Part shown: one piece after another, positions 1 to 9,016 of the stretch | Numbering within the stretch: position 1 is the stretch's first letter | How the letters are laid out: every line of letters begins with the position of its first letter | NCBI GenBank assembly: GCA_003551435.1 | Contig: PUMQ01000006.1 | Coordinates: 1 to 51,208 of the forward strand | Source of the DNA: Candidatus Nealsonbacteria bacterium | Lineage (GTDB): Bacteria; Patescibacteriota; Minisyncoccia; Minisyncoccales; PWPS01 | Direction of reading: 5' to 3' | Length of the DNA: 51,208 nt | Program-made: the position numbers and the translations under genes | The notes under the pieces: model-generated | Seen by the model: the letters and a program-made list of their open reading frames with translations, nothing else | Told to the model about the DNA's origin: nothing | Database searches by the model: none

Positions 1-103
1 GAATTCCCGCCATAAAACGAAAAACAGCAAAAACACCCAGTACGAAAAGAATTCTTTTTCTTAGGTCCGGAAGCTGAAATATTTTGATAATTTTTTCAAA
101 CAT
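1..103 (-). CDS. secY: Preprotein translocase SecY, N-terminal fragment (runs off window)
   Basis: Manual translation MFEKIIKIFQLPDLRKRILFVLGVFAVFRFMAGI; canonical position after rplO. Confidence 0.93.
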   Translation of the reverse strand, partial: MFEKIIKIFQLPDLRKRILFVLGVFAVFRFMAGI

Positions 104-113
104 GTAAATTGAT

Positions 114-572
114 TTATGCCCTATGGCCTTTATCAACGGTTACTGGCAATTGGCCTATCTTCCCTCCCGCTTTCTCCACTTTTTCTCTTGCTTTTGCCGA
201 AATAAGGCATCCCTTTATATGGAATTTTTTTTCTGTCTCTCCTTTTCCCAAAATTTTAATGGGAAGCTTTTTGCTTTTGGAAATTAATCCCTTTTCCGCC
301 AAAGTTTTAGGGCTTACCTCCAACCCGTCTTCAAACACTTTATCCAAAGTAGAAAGATTAACAACAAAAAACTTTCTAATGGGGGAAAACTTGTATCCTC
401 TCTTTTTCGGATACCGTTTTACGAGCTCTCTTATCAAAGGTTTCATCTTTGCTCCGGCGCGAGCCTTCTGTCCTTTTACACCCTTTCCAGAGTAAGTACC
501 TCTTTTTCCTCCCCTGCCTATGCGCTTTTTGCTCTTTATTTTGGTTTTTGGTTTTATTTCGTGAATCTGCAT
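114..572 (-). CDS. rplO: 50S ribosomal protein uL15
   Basis: RIGRGGKRGTYSGKGVKGQKARAG motif; likely start MQIHEIKP at 572. Confidence 0.97.
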   Translation of the reverse strand: MQIHEIKPKTKIKSKKRIGRGGKRGTYSGKGVKGQKARAGAKMKPLIRELVKRYPKKRGYKFSPIRKFFVVNLSTLDKVFEDGLEVSPKTLAEKGLISKSKKLPIKILGKGETEKKFHIKGCLISAKAREKVEKAGGKIGQLPVTVDKGHRA

Positions 573-573
573 C

Positions 574-1104
574 TTATTTTTCTCCTTCTGCTTCACTTTT
601 CTTTGTTTTTGCAGATGGAGTCTTTTCCCTTTCTTTTTTCTTTTCTTCTTCTTTGGTCCGCAACTTCTGTAAGGCCTTTATGGTGGCTTTGGCGTTGTTC
701 GGCTTGTTTCGGGTGTTCCCCAATATTTTGCCCGAAATATTGGATATTCCCGCCATAGAACAGATTGCTCTCACCGTTCCTCCGGCCACTATTCCTCTTC
801 CCTCGGATTGCGGCTTTAGAAGAATTTCTGCCGCGCCAAACTTCGCTCGTACTTCGTAGGGAATAGTACCTCCTTGGGTGGTGGGAACCTTAACTACCGC
901 CTTCTGCGCTTTTTTTGTCGCTTTTTCAATGGACTGTTGGACATCATGCCCCTTGGCGCTCCCTATCCCCACCTTTCCTTTTTTATCGCCGACAACAACA
1001 AGAGTACGGAAGCGCAAACGCCTCCCTCCCGCCGTCATTCTCTCTACCCTGCTTATATCAAGAACCTCATTTTCAAATTCTTTTTTTATCTCTTCTTTTG
1101 GCAT
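574..1104 (-). CDS. rpsE: 30S ribosomal protein uS5
   Basis: GGRRLRFRTLVVVGDKKGKVG and GIVAGG motifs; start taken at MPKEE to avoid overlapping rplR. Confidence 0.97.
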   Translation of the reverse strand: MPKEEIKKEFENEVLDISRVERMTAGGRRLRFRTLVVVGDKKGKVGIGSAKGHDVQQSIEKATKKAQKAVVKVPTTQGGTIPYEVRAKFGAAEILLKPQSEGRGIVAGGTVRAICSMAGISNISGKILGNTRNKPNNAKATIKALQKLRTKEEEKKKEREKTPSAKTKKSEAEGEK

Positions 1105-1120
1105 ATTAGCGTATAAAGAT

Positions 1121-1489
1121 TTAAAATTCCAATCCCTCTTTACGGGCACCCTCGGCCACCGCTTTTACTCGGCCGTGATAACGGTACCCTCCGCGATCAA
1201 AAACAACTGTTTTAATTTTTTTCTCCTTCGCCTTTTTGGCGATTCTGTTTCCCACTTCAAATGCCTTTTCCGTTTTACTTTTCTCCCCGGTACTTTTCTT
1301 CTTCCCGCTTTCCTTTTTACGGTCATCTTCCGCCAGAATAGTCACCCCTCTTTTATCATCAACAAGCTGGGCGTAAATATGATTAAGGGAACGGAAAACA
1401 TGCAACCGCGGCCTATCGGCAGTGCCAAAAATCTTTTTTCTCACTCTTTTGTGTCTTCTTTTAGTTTTTTCTTTTTTATTCTCCAGCAT
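1121..1489 (-). CDS. rplR: 50S ribosomal protein uL18
   Basis: [30 protein letters not shown]. Confidence 0.98.
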   Translation of the reverse strand: MLENKKEKTKRRHKRVRKKIFGTADRPRLHVFRSLNHIYAQLVDDKRGVTILAEDDRKKESGKKKSTGEKSKTEKAFEVGNRIAKKAKEKKIKTVVFDRGGYRYHGRVKAVAEGARKEGLEF

Positions 1490-1501
1490 ATCACTTAATC
1501 T

Positions 1502-2041
1502 TTATTTTCCCGCCGTCTTTTTCCCTTCTTTAAGGACAACTTCTTCATCTTTATACCTTATTCCTTTTCCTTTGTAGGGCTCGGGCGGGCGTATTTTCCT
1601 TATTTCCGCGGCAACCCTGTGCACCAGGTCTTTTTTAATACCAGACACAGTGATTATATCCTTGTTTACCGAAAAATTCACTCCCTCTCTTTTCTCTACC
1701 TCAACCGGATGGGAAAACCCAACCCTGAGCACCAGCTTGTCATCTTTCATCTCCGCACGATAACCCACTCCTTTTATTTGCAAATCTTTTGCATATCCTT
1801 TGCTCACTCCCTCTATCAGATTATTAACCAAAGCTCTTACCGTTCCCCAGAGAGCTTTGCTCATTTTTGTTTCTTTCTCTTGAGAAACCAAAACCTCGCC
1901 GTCACTTACCTTAACTCCCACTTCCGGAGGAATATCTAAAGAAAGCTCCCCTTTCGGTCCTTTCGCAATTACCTTTCCTTTTTCAACCTTCACTTCCACT
2001 CCTTCCGGAATTTCAATTGGTTTTTTCCCTATCCTAGACAT
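1502..2041 (-). CDS. rplF: 50S ribosomal protein uL6
   Basis: MSRIGKKPI, RPPEPYKGKGIRY. Confidence 0.99.
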   Translation of the reverse strand: MSRIGKKPIEIPEGVEVKVEKGKVIAKGPKGELSLDIPPEVGVKVSDGEVLVSQEKETKMSKALWGTVRALVNNLIEGVSKGYAKDLQIKGVGYRAEMKDDKLVLRVGFSHPVEVEKREGVNFSVNKDIITVSGIKKDLVHRVAAEIRKIRPPEPYKGKGIRYKDEEVVLKEGKKTAGK

Positions 2042-2048
2042 AATTAAT

Positions 2049-2100
2049 TGACTAATGACTTATGACTTATGACTCATGACCTATGACTACCCCCAGTCAT
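2049..2100. repeat. Heptamer tandem array (TGACTWA-like x6) plus short inverted copy
   Basis: TGACTAA TGACTTA TGACTTA TGACTCA TGACCTA TGACTAC cccc AGTCAT between rpsH and rplF. Confidence 0.92.
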
Positions 2101-2110
2101 TGTTCGTTTT

Positions 2111-2503
2111 TTACCATACTTCGCAAAGCATCTCTCCTCCCAAGCCTTTTTCTCTCGCTTCCTTGTCCGTTACTACTCCTTTAGGAGTGGAAATAACGGA
2201 AACCCCACGCCCGCCTTTGACTTTTCTCATCTCTTTGCTTTTGTTGTATATTCTCTGTCCTGGAGAAGAAATTCTTTTAATCTCCGTAATTACCGGCTCT
2301 CCGTTGCTCTCGTAATTCAAAGTCACGGAAAAAAAAGTATTTTTGTTCTTTTTTTTCACTGTTTTTCCTAAAAACCCTTCTCTCTCCAAACAGCGGGCAA
2401 TTTCATATTTAATTGATGAAAAGGGAATATCAACAGTACTCTTGCCCACAGCCTGCGCATTCCTGATTCTGTTTAACATGTCTGCTATTGGATCGGTATA
2501 CAT
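2111..2503 (-). CDS. rpsH: 30S ribosomal protein uS8
   Basis: TDPIADMLNRIRNA, ISTPKGV, GGEMLCEVW. Confidence 0.99.
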   Translation of the reverse strand: MYTDPIADMLNRIRNAQAVGKSTVDIPFSSIKYEIARCLEREGFLGKTVKKKNKNTFFSVTLNYESNGEPVITEIKRISSPGQRIYNKSKEMRKVKGGRGVSVISTPKGVVTDKEAREKGLGGEMLCEVW

Positions 2504-2543
2504 TTTAAAATAAATTTTAGGTTTAAAATTTCAGATTGATTTT

Positions 2544-2729
2544 TTACCAGCTTGATTTTTTTATTCCCGGAATTTCTCCTTTATTTGCCATTTCACGGAA
2601 ACATATTCTGCAAAGTCCGAACTTCCTCAAAACGCTCCTTGCACGTCCGCACTTAAAACACCTCCGCACCGTCCGGGTATTAAATTTGGGTTTTTGAGCT
2701 GATTTTTCAATTTTTGCCTTTCTGGCCAT
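2544..2729 (-). CDS. rpsN: 30S ribosomal protein uS14, zinc-binding type
   Basis: 61 aa with CFKC and [15 protein letters not shown]. Confidence 0.98.
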   Translation of the reverse strand: MARKAKIEKSAQKPKFNTRTVRRCFKCGRARSVLRKFGLCRICFREMANKGEIPGIKKSSW

Positions 2730-2750
2730 AGTTTTTGGAAATTTTTTGTT

Positions 2751-3320
2751 TTACTCAGGCTTCTCTTCTTTTTCAAAAGGAATGCCCAATTCCCTTAAAA
2801 GGGTTATTCCCTGTTCTTTTTCCTTTGCGGAAGTGACTATGGTTATCTCCATTCCAAAAAAGAAATCTGTTTCGTCCGCGGATATCTCCGGAAATACCAG
2901 CTGTTCTTCAACGCCTATCGTCAAGTTTCCCTTGCCATCTACCGAGGAAAGCGAAATGCCCTGAAAATCCCTGATTCTGGGAAAAACTATTTTGGTAAGT
3001 CTTTCTAAAAAATCATACATCTTTTTTCCACGGAGAGTGACTCTTAATCCGACAGGCATTCCTTCTCTCAGACTAAAACCGGAAATTGATTTTTTGGCCG
3101 GCCTTTCCTGAGGACGTTGTCCGGTAATAAGAGACAGGTCTTGGGAAACCTTTTTTAACACCTCTTGTTTTCTTGCGGTATCTTTCGTAATCCACTTTCC
3201 CACACCTACGTTAACCACAACCTTGGTTACCCGAGGGCACTCCAAAACGCTTTTTAACCCCATTTCTTTTTTAAGTTTGGGTACAATCTCTTTATTGTAC
3301 TTCTCTTTCAGGTCGGACAT
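2751..3320 (-). CDS. rplE: 50S ribosomal protein uL5
   Basis: KVVVNVGVG, ITGQRP, VTLRG, PRIRDFQG. Confidence 0.99.
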   Translation of the reverse strand: MSDLKEKYNKEIVPKLKKEMGLKSVLECPRVTKVVVNVGVGKWITKDTARKQEVLKKVSQDLSLITGQRPQERPAKKSISGFSLREGMPVGLRVTLRGKKMYDFLERLTKIVFPRIRDFQGISLSSVDGKGNLTIGVEEQLVFPEISADETDFFFGMEITIVTSAKEKEQGITLLRELGIPFEKEEKPE

Positions 3321-3631
3321 TATACTCTTTGATTACACTTTTTACAAACTCTCTCTCCGTTTTCTTTGCCGATACGGGTTCCCTTGCCACACTTCGGGCA
3401 GATAAGCTTAACGTTAGAAACAGAAATGGCGGCAGGAAATTCGACAATCTGCCCCGTTTTCTTTCCTTTCTGCTGTTGTCTTTGTTTTTCCGGAGAGACG
3501 TGCTTTTTTAAAAGATTGACTCCCTCAACGGAGATCTTTCTTTCTTGGGGAAAGATGTGCAAAACCTTCCCCTTTTTCCCACGGTCTTTTCCGGCAATAA
3601 TTAAAACGGTGTCTCCTTTTTTAATACGCAT
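3320..3631 (-). CDS. rplX: 50S ribosomal protein uL24
   Basis: KOW motif IKKGDTVLIIAGKDRGKKG. Confidence 0.98.
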   Translation of the reverse strand: MRIKKGDTVLIIAGKDRGKKGKVLHIFPQERKISVEGVNLLKKHVSPEKQRQQQKGKKTGQIVEFPAAISVSNVKLICPKCGKGTRIGKENGERVCKKCNQRV

Positions 3632-3634
3632 AAT

Positions 3635-4006
3635 TTATACCACCTCCTTGGACATGGTGGTTATTTCTTTAAATCCCTTTTCGGCTAACTCCCGCGGAAC
3701 AGGGCCAAAAACTCTGCTTCCTTTGGGCCTTTTTGTTTTTCCGTCCAGAACAGCCGCCGCATTTTCATCAAAGCGGATATAGGTTCCGTCTTTTCTCCGG
3801 TAGTTGTACTTCTGGCGTACAATTACCGCTCGCACTATGTCATGCTTTTTAACAACTTTCCGGGGCTCGGATTTTTTCACCGAAGCGACCACAATATCCC
3901 CTATTCTCGCGTAGCGCCTTCTGGTCCCTCCGAGAATACGGAAACACTGGACTACCTTCGCGCCCGTGTTGTCGGCAATTTTTAAAACTGTCTCTGTTTG
4001 AATCAT
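3635..4006 (-). CDS. rplN: 50S ribosomal protein uL14
   Basis: MIQTETVLKIADNTGAK, IRFDENAA, RVFGPV. Confidence 0.99.
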   Translation of the reverse strand: MIQTETVLKIADNTGAKVVQCFRILGGTRRRYARIGDIVVASVKKSEPRKVVKKHDIVRAVIVRQKYNYRRKDGTYIRFDENAAAVLDGKTKRPKGSRVFGPVPRELAEKGFKEITTMSKEVV

Positions 4007-4077
4007 AATATTTTTGCTTCCTGGAGGGGGCTGTAAGATACAAATAATAAAAAGGTATCTTGTATCTTGATTGTCCT

Positions 4078-4338
4078 CTACTGTTTGGCGCCTTGTGTTT
4101 TATTTTTTGTATCTTGTTCCACAACTCTCCACTTCTTGTGCCTGCTTATCGGCCTGCACTCCTCAATAACCACCTCGTCTCCTTTTTTGCACTCTCCTTT
4201 CTCGTCATGGGCCTTATATTTTTTGTGCACCTTGTATCTCTTCTTATACCGGGGATGTTTTTTAATCCTTTCCACTTCCACTACTACCGTTTTGCTCATT
4301 TTATCGGAAACCACTGTCCCTTTTAATTTATTTTTCAT
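4078..4338 (-). CDS. rpsQ: 30S ribosomal protein uS17
   Basis: [28 protein letters not shown]. Confidence 0.98.
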   Translation of the reverse strand: MKNKLKGTVVSDKMSKTVVVEVERIKKHPRYKKRYKVHKKYKAHDEKGECKKGDEVVIEECRPISRHKKWRVVEQDTKNKTQGAKQ

Positions 4339-4525
4339 GTTTCTCTTTTTCTTTTAAAATGGTTTTGATTCTTGCAATGTCTTTACGCAAATTTGCCGCC
4401 TCTTTGGTGTTTTTTGATTTGGTATTCGCCTCTCCAAACCGAATATCCCGCAATCTTTTTATCTTTTCGGAAAGCATCTTTGCGGATTCTTTTTCACTTT
4501 TTTTTCTTATCTCTCCGGATTTCAT
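4328..4525 (-). CDS. rpmC: 50S ribosomal protein uL29
   Basis: [12 protein letters not shown]; position between rplP and rpsQ. Confidence 0.94.
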   Translation of the reverse strand: MKSGEIRKKSEKESAKMLSEKIKRLRDIRFGEANTKSKNTKEAANLRKDIARIKTILKEKEKHEK

Positions 4526-4530
4526 GATTT

Positions 4531-4935
4531 CTATTTTTTAACGAATTTTGTTTTGACCGGCAACTTGTCTCCCGCCTTTCTCAGGGCATCTTTGGCTTTT
4601 TCCTCGGGTATGCCTTCAAGTTCGAAAAGAACTCTTCCTTTCTTCACAGGAGCTGCATAGTGGTCAACGCTTCCCTTTCCTCCTCCCATGGGAACTTCCT
4701 GTCCCTTGCGGGTAATCGGCCTATCGGGAAAAATTCTTATCCACATCTTCCCCCCTTTTCTCAAGTAGCGGATTATTACTCTCCGGGCAGCCTCTATCTG
4801 CCTGGCGGATATAATGCCGTTTGCTTCCGTTTTAAGGCCGTAACTTCCGAAGTTAACGAAAGCGCCTTTCATCGCCACTCCCTTAATTCTTCCTTTGCGG
4901 TGTTTTCTGTGTTTTACTTTTTTGGGAAATAACAT
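4531..4935 (-). CDS. rplP: 50S ribosomal protein uL16
   Basis: RQIEAAR, WIRIFPDRP, MGGGKG. Confidence 0.99.
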   Translation of the reverse strand: MLFPKKVKHRKHRKGRIKGVAMKGAFVNFGSYGLKTEANGIISARQIEAARRVIIRYLRKGGKMWIRIFPDRPITRKGQEVPMGGGKGSVDHYAAPVKKGRVLFELEGIPEEKAKDALRKAGDKLPVKTKFVKK

Positions 4936-4969
4936 GGTTTTCTCGGATTATCCCTTTTACTATTGCCGC

Positions 4970-5620
4970 TTAATCAAACTTCTCTCCTTTGTAAATAAAG
5001 ACTTTTACCCCGATTGCTCCGAAGGGGCATCTTGCCATCTCAAACCCGTAGTCAATATCTCCGCGCAGGGTTTCTCTTTTAAGCTGCCCTTGCTGAAAAT
5101 ATTCGCTTCTTGCTATCTCTATCCCGTTAAGCCTTCCGCTAACCTGGATTCTGACCCCTTTAACCTCTTTGTGCATGGAAATTTTGTGCAGTGCTTGTTT
5201 TACCACCTTTCTGTAGGGAAGCCTTCTTTCAAGCTGTCTGGCGATGTCTTGGGCAGCCAGTGTGGCGGAAAGCCAAGGGTCTTTCACTTCTCTTATTTCC
5301 AGCCGTACTTTCTTTTTCTCGCTTTTGGAAATCCGATTAACTTCTTTTTCCAGTTTTTCTTTCAAAGTTTTTACTCCTTCTCCTCCTCTTCCTATGATTA
5401 GGCCCGGCCTTGCACTGTAAACTATCACTCCCACCTCGTCCATTGAGCGCTCAATCTCTATTTTCTCAACTCCCATTTCGCGTAAAAGACTGCGCAAAAG
5501 CCTTCTTATAGCGTAATCTTCCTTAAGGAAAGAGGAGAAGTTTTTTTCATAAAAACCCTTGGAGTCCCACCCTTTGGTTATGCCAATACGGAAAATTTTT
5601 GGATGTACTTTGTGTGTCAT
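4970..5620 (-). CDS. rpsC: 30S ribosomal protein uS3
   Basis: KVHPKIFRIG, RPGLIIGRGG, SGRLNGIEIAR. Confidence 0.99.
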   Translation of the reverse strand: MTHKVHPKIFRIGITKGWDSKGFYEKNFSSFLKEDYAIRRLLRSLLREMGVEKIEIERSMDEVGVIVYSARPGLIIGRGGEGVKTLKEKLEKEVNRISKSEKKKVRLEIREVKDPWLSATLAAQDIARQLERRLPYRKVVKQALHKISMHKEVKGVRIQVSGRLNGIEIARSEYFQQGQLKRETLRGDIDYGFEMARCPFGAIGVKVFIYKGEKFD

Positions 5621-6141
5621 ATTGATTTTCTTCTAAATATTTGTGTTTTTCCCGGTACCGGCTTCTTATCCACGCGAGAAGATTTTCCTTCATCAGACTC
5701 TCCGGCACGTTTTTCTTTTGCCTTGGAAGAAACTTCCTCTTTTGGCTTTTCTGTTTGGTAAACTTTCTTTATCTTTTCTTTTTTTCCTTTTTTGCGGACA
5801 TCTCCTCCTTCTCTTTCTTCTAAAACAATGGAGACATGAGAAGTTTTCTTCTGTATGGGAGCCACGGCTCCCCGAGCACGCGGCCTGAATCTCTTAATAA
5901 TCGGCCCTCCGTCAACTCTCATTTCGGAGACATAAAGGTTTTCTTTTTTGAGCCCGAAATTGTTTTCTGCATTGGCAACAGCGGATTTTAGAAGCTTTAA
6001 AACCGGGTCCGCGGAACGTTTAATCGTAAACTGAAGAACTTTCTCCGCATCACTGACCGAACGGCCGCGCACAAGATCGGCTACCAAACGAACCTTCCTT
6101 GGCGAAATTCTCAAATAATTCAGTTTTGCTTCAATTGTCAT
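5617..6141 (-). CDS. rplV: 50S ribosomal protein uL22 with charged C-terminal extension
   Basis: RISPRKVRLVADLVRG, SAVANA, PRARG, TSH. Confidence 0.98.
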   Translation of the reverse strand: MTIEAKLNYLRISPRKVRLVADLVRGRSVSDAEKVLQFTIKRSADPVLKLLKSAVANAENNFGLKKENLYVSEMRVDGGPIIKRFRPRARGAVAPIQKKTSHVSIVLEEREGGDVRKKGKKEKIKKVYQTEKPKEEVSSKAKEKRAGESDEGKSSRVDKKPVPGKTQIFRRKSI

Positions 6142-6167
6142 ACTTTATTGGCAACTTCCGTTATTTT

Positions 6168-6455
6168 TTATTTCTTCTTTTCCTGTTCTCTTTGCATTTT
6201 TCCCCCGTGCCTGACGAACTTCTTTGACGGCGAAAACTCTCCCAGAAGATGGCCAACCATCTCTTCGGTCACGTAAACCTTTATATGCTCCTTTCCGTTA
6301 TAAACACCGAATGTGTACCCTATCATCTCGGGAGTAATGGTTGCTTTTCTTGACCATGTCTTAACAACCGTTTTTTTATCTCCCGGCTTTAAGTTCTCTA
6401 CCTTTTTCAGCAGTTTTTCGTCAATATAGGGCCCTTTTTTTGAACTTCGTGCCAT
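6168..6455 (-). CDS. rpsS: 30S ribosomal protein uS19
   Basis: [24 protein letters not shown]. Confidence 0.99.
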   Translation of the reverse strand: MARSSKKGPYIDEKLLKKVENLKPGDKKTVVKTWSRKATITPEMIGYTFGVYNGKEHIKVYVTEEMVGHLLGEFSPSKKFVRHGGKMQREQEKKK

Positions 6456-6476
6456 AATACAAACCTTTATTTTTAT

Positions 6477-7256
6477 TTATTTCTTGCCTTTTCTTTTCTT
6501 GGTTGCTCTCTTTATAATATACCTGTCGGTATGCTTTCTTTTTCGGGTGCGGACTCCTCTCGCCTTTTTCCCCCAAGGTGTTTTCGGAGAAGGCATGCCG
6601 ATCGGCGCCCTTCCTTCTCCTCCTCCGTGCGGGTGATCCACCGGATTCATAGCCGATCCCCGGACAACCGGTCTTCTTCCCATTTTTCTTGCAGTTCCTG
6701 CTTTTTTAATTTTCCGGTAGCGGTGTTCCGGATTGGATACTTCTCCCACGGTAGCAAAACAGTCGCTTCTAACCTTTCTTACCTCCCTTGAAGGCATCTT
6801 AAGATGGGTCATTTTCCCCTCGTGAGCGAGAATAAGCGCTCCCAGTCCGGCACTGCGAACCAGCTTGCCCTTTCCCTCCGGATAAAGGCTAACATTGTTT
6901 ACCATGGTACCCACCGGAATATTTTTAAGGCGCATTCTGTTCCCGGGCTTAATCGCCGCCTTCTCAGCGGTAATAATCTCGTCCCCTTCTTTTAATCCCT
7001 GGGGAGCAAGGATATATTTTACATCTCCGTTTTCGTATTTCACAAAAGCGATATCAGCCGTTCTGTTCGGATCATACTCAATGCTGGAAATCTTCCCTTT
7101 AACATCCACTGGTTCCTGTCCAAAGTTAACCCTTCTGTAAAGGCGCTTAACGCCTCCACCCCTGTGCCTTACCGTAATCTTCCCTTGGCTGGATCTTCCT
7201 CCGGTTTTTTTAAGAGGAGTGATTAGCTTTTTCCTTTTTTTTGCTTTTAAATTCAT
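6477..7256 (-). CDS. rplB: 50S ribosomal protein uL2 (short N-terminus)
   Basis: ITVRHRGGG, EYDPNR, MNPVDHPHGGGEG. Confidence 0.99.
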   Translation of the reverse strand: MNLKAKKRKKLITPLKKTGGRSSQGKITVRHRGGGVKRLYRRVNFGQEPVDVKGKISSIEYDPNRTADIAFVKYENGDVKYILAPQGLKEGDEIITAEKAAIKPGNRMRLKNIPVGTMVNNVSLYPEGKGKLVRSAGLGALILAHEGKMTHLKMPSREVRKVRSDCFATVGEVSNPEHRYRKIKKAGTARKMGRRPVVRGSAMNPVDHPHGGGEGRAPIGMPSPKTPWGKKARGVRTRKRKHTDRYIIKRATKKRKGKK

Positions 7257-7258
7257 TT

Positions 7259-7582
7259 TTACGCGGAAAGATCAATTGTTTGGCCTTTTTTAATCTTTAC
7301 AATCGCTTTTTTATACCCTTTTGTTTTCCCTTCCGTTCTTCCTACTCTCCTTTTCTTGGGCGGAACCTTTATTATCCTTACTTTTTCCACATTCACCTTA
7401 TACTTTTTTTCCGTCTCTTCTTTAATATCTTTTTTATTGGCGCCGTCTTTCACTTTAAAAACGTAAAACCCGCTCTCGGGCAAGGCGGTGGCTTTCTCAC
7501 TGATATGCGGCTTTTCTAAAGCGTGTTTTTCGGACATCTCCTTTAAATCGGTTTCTTTGATTTTCTCCTTTTTCTTTTCCAT
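7259..7582 (-). CDS. rplW: 50S ribosomal protein uL23
   Basis: PHISEKA, YVFKV, GYKKAIV. Confidence 0.96.
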   Translation of the reverse strand: MEKKKEKIKETDLKEMSEKHALEKPHISEKATALPESGFYVFKVKDGANKKDIKEETEKKYKVNVEKVRIIKVPPKKRRVGRTEGKTKGYKKAIVKIKKGQTIDLSA

Positions 7583-7585
7583 AGT

Positions 7586-8212
7586 TTACTGATTAAAGCT
7601 CTGCTTGATGGTTTCCACCGACTTTTTGGGCAAAATAATCCATTTATAAGATAAAATATCCAGCACATTAAGGTCTTTTGCCTGGATAGTGCCGACATCT
7701 TCCATGTTTCGCGTGGCCAGAATTGCGTTCCTGTCAATCTCCGGAAGTACGATCAACGTTCTTTTGTCACAAGGCATTTTTTCCAAGAACCCTTTCATCT
7801 CCTTGGTTTTCGGCTCCTTTACTTTTAAGTCGGAAAGAAAAAGCGCTAAATTCTCCTTCGTTTTGGCAGAAAGAACCATAAAAAGAGCCTTTCTTTTCGC
7901 TTTTTTATTAATCTTTTTTTTGTAATTTCTCTCGTTTCTCGGGCCGAAAGTGACGCCTCCTCCTTTCCATATCGGTGAGCGCCTGGACCCGTGCCTGGCT
8001 CTTCCGGTCCCTTTTTGCCTCCACGGTTTTCTGCCTCCTCCTCTTACTTCGCTGCGATCTTTGGTATGCGCCGTGTTTTGGCGCCTATTGCTCATCTGTG
8101 CACGCGCTACCTGGTAAATCAAATCTTCATTCACTTCCAGACCGAAAACTTCCTCAGGAAGACTGATCTCTCCTTCTTTCTTCCCTTCCATATTGTACAA
8201 ATCAGCCTTCAT
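7586..8212 (-). CDS. rplD: 50S ribosomal protein uL4
   Basis: RGGGRKPWRQKGTGRARHGS, GGGVTFGP. Confidence 0.99.
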   Translation of the reverse strand: MKADLYNMEGKKEGEISLPEEVFGLEVNEDLIYQVARAQMSNRRQNTAHTKDRSEVRGGGRKPWRQKGTGRARHGSRRSPIWKGGGVTFGPRNERNYKKKINKKAKRKALFMVLSAKTKENLALFLSDLKVKEPKTKEMKGFLEKMPCDKRTLIVLPEIDRNAILATRNMEDVGTIQAKDLNVLDILSYKWIILPKKSVETIKQSFNQ

Positions 8213-8799
8213 ATTTTTTCTACCGTCACGGCTCCTCCGTTTTTACCCGGAACGGCCCCTTTCACGGCAATAATATTTTTTTCCGGATTAACATCCACTA
8301 CTTTTAAATTTCTGACGGTCACCTTGTCAGTCCCCATCCTTCCGGGCATTTTCTTTCCTTTCATCACTCTTTGGGGAAACATAGAGCCGATAGAACCCCC
8401 TCTTCTTTCTGTGTCTTTCGTTCCGTGGGAAGCGTCCGATCCGGAAAAACCCCATCTTTTTACTACTCCGGCGAACCCTTTCCCCTTTGATACTCCTCTT
8501 ACTTTAACCTTGTCACCAACAGAAAAGATACTTGTCGAAACTTCATCTCCCGGAGAAACATCAAACTTACCCCTGACTTCTTTTACAAACCGGTAAGGCT
8601 TCTTTGACTGAGATTTTCCCGTCTTTTCCTTTTTCAATTTAAGAAAACCGAGTTGTACCGCATTGTAACCGTCGGTTTCTTCGTTCTTTACTTGAGTTAC
8701 TACACACGGTCCGGTCTCAATTAAAGTCACGGGAGCCGCTTTCCCTTCCTTGTCGTAAACCTGGGACATTCCCAATTTTTTTCCGATAATAAACTTCAT
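8209..8799 (-). CDS. rplC: 50S ribosomal protein uL3
   Basis: GKKLGM, DGYNAVQLG, SKGKGFAGVVKR, KKMPGRMG. Confidence 0.99.
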   Translation of the reverse strand: MKFIIGKKLGMSQVYDKEGKAAPVTLIETGPCVVTQVKNEETDGYNAVQLGFLKLKKEKTGKSQSKKPYRFVKEVRGKFDVSPGDEVSTSIFSVGDKVKVRGVSKGKGFAGVVKRWGFSGSDASHGTKDTERRGGSIGSMFPQRVMKGKKMPGRMGTDKVTVRNLKVVDVNPEKNIIAVKGAVPGKNGGAVTVEKI

Positions 8800-9016
8800 T
8801 CCACTGCCGGTCGCCGTTGTAAAGCTTACAAGGCGCCAACTGTTATCTTTTTAATCTGTAAAATGGTGCTTTCAATGAAAAACCGGGCGCTTGCCCAGTC
8901 TTCAAGGCAACGAAAAATTAACTGATAACTAACATCCGAAAATAACCGATAAAATGCGCATGAATAAATTCCGAATGCCGACGGCCGACACTCTAACAGA
9001 GAGAGTATTCCGCCGT
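8800..9016 (-). promoter_or_regulatory. Structured rpsJ-rplC spacer with terminator-like hairpin and a long hairpin next to the rplC start
   Basis: Hairpins read by eye at 8981-9016, 8878-8899 (ACUGGGC-aagc-GCCCGGU-UUUU) and 8806-8840. Confidence 0.55.

Noticed and set aside
2049-2100. Heptamer arrays as CRISPR
   Set aside because: 7-nt units with no unique spacers, and no cas genes in the window.
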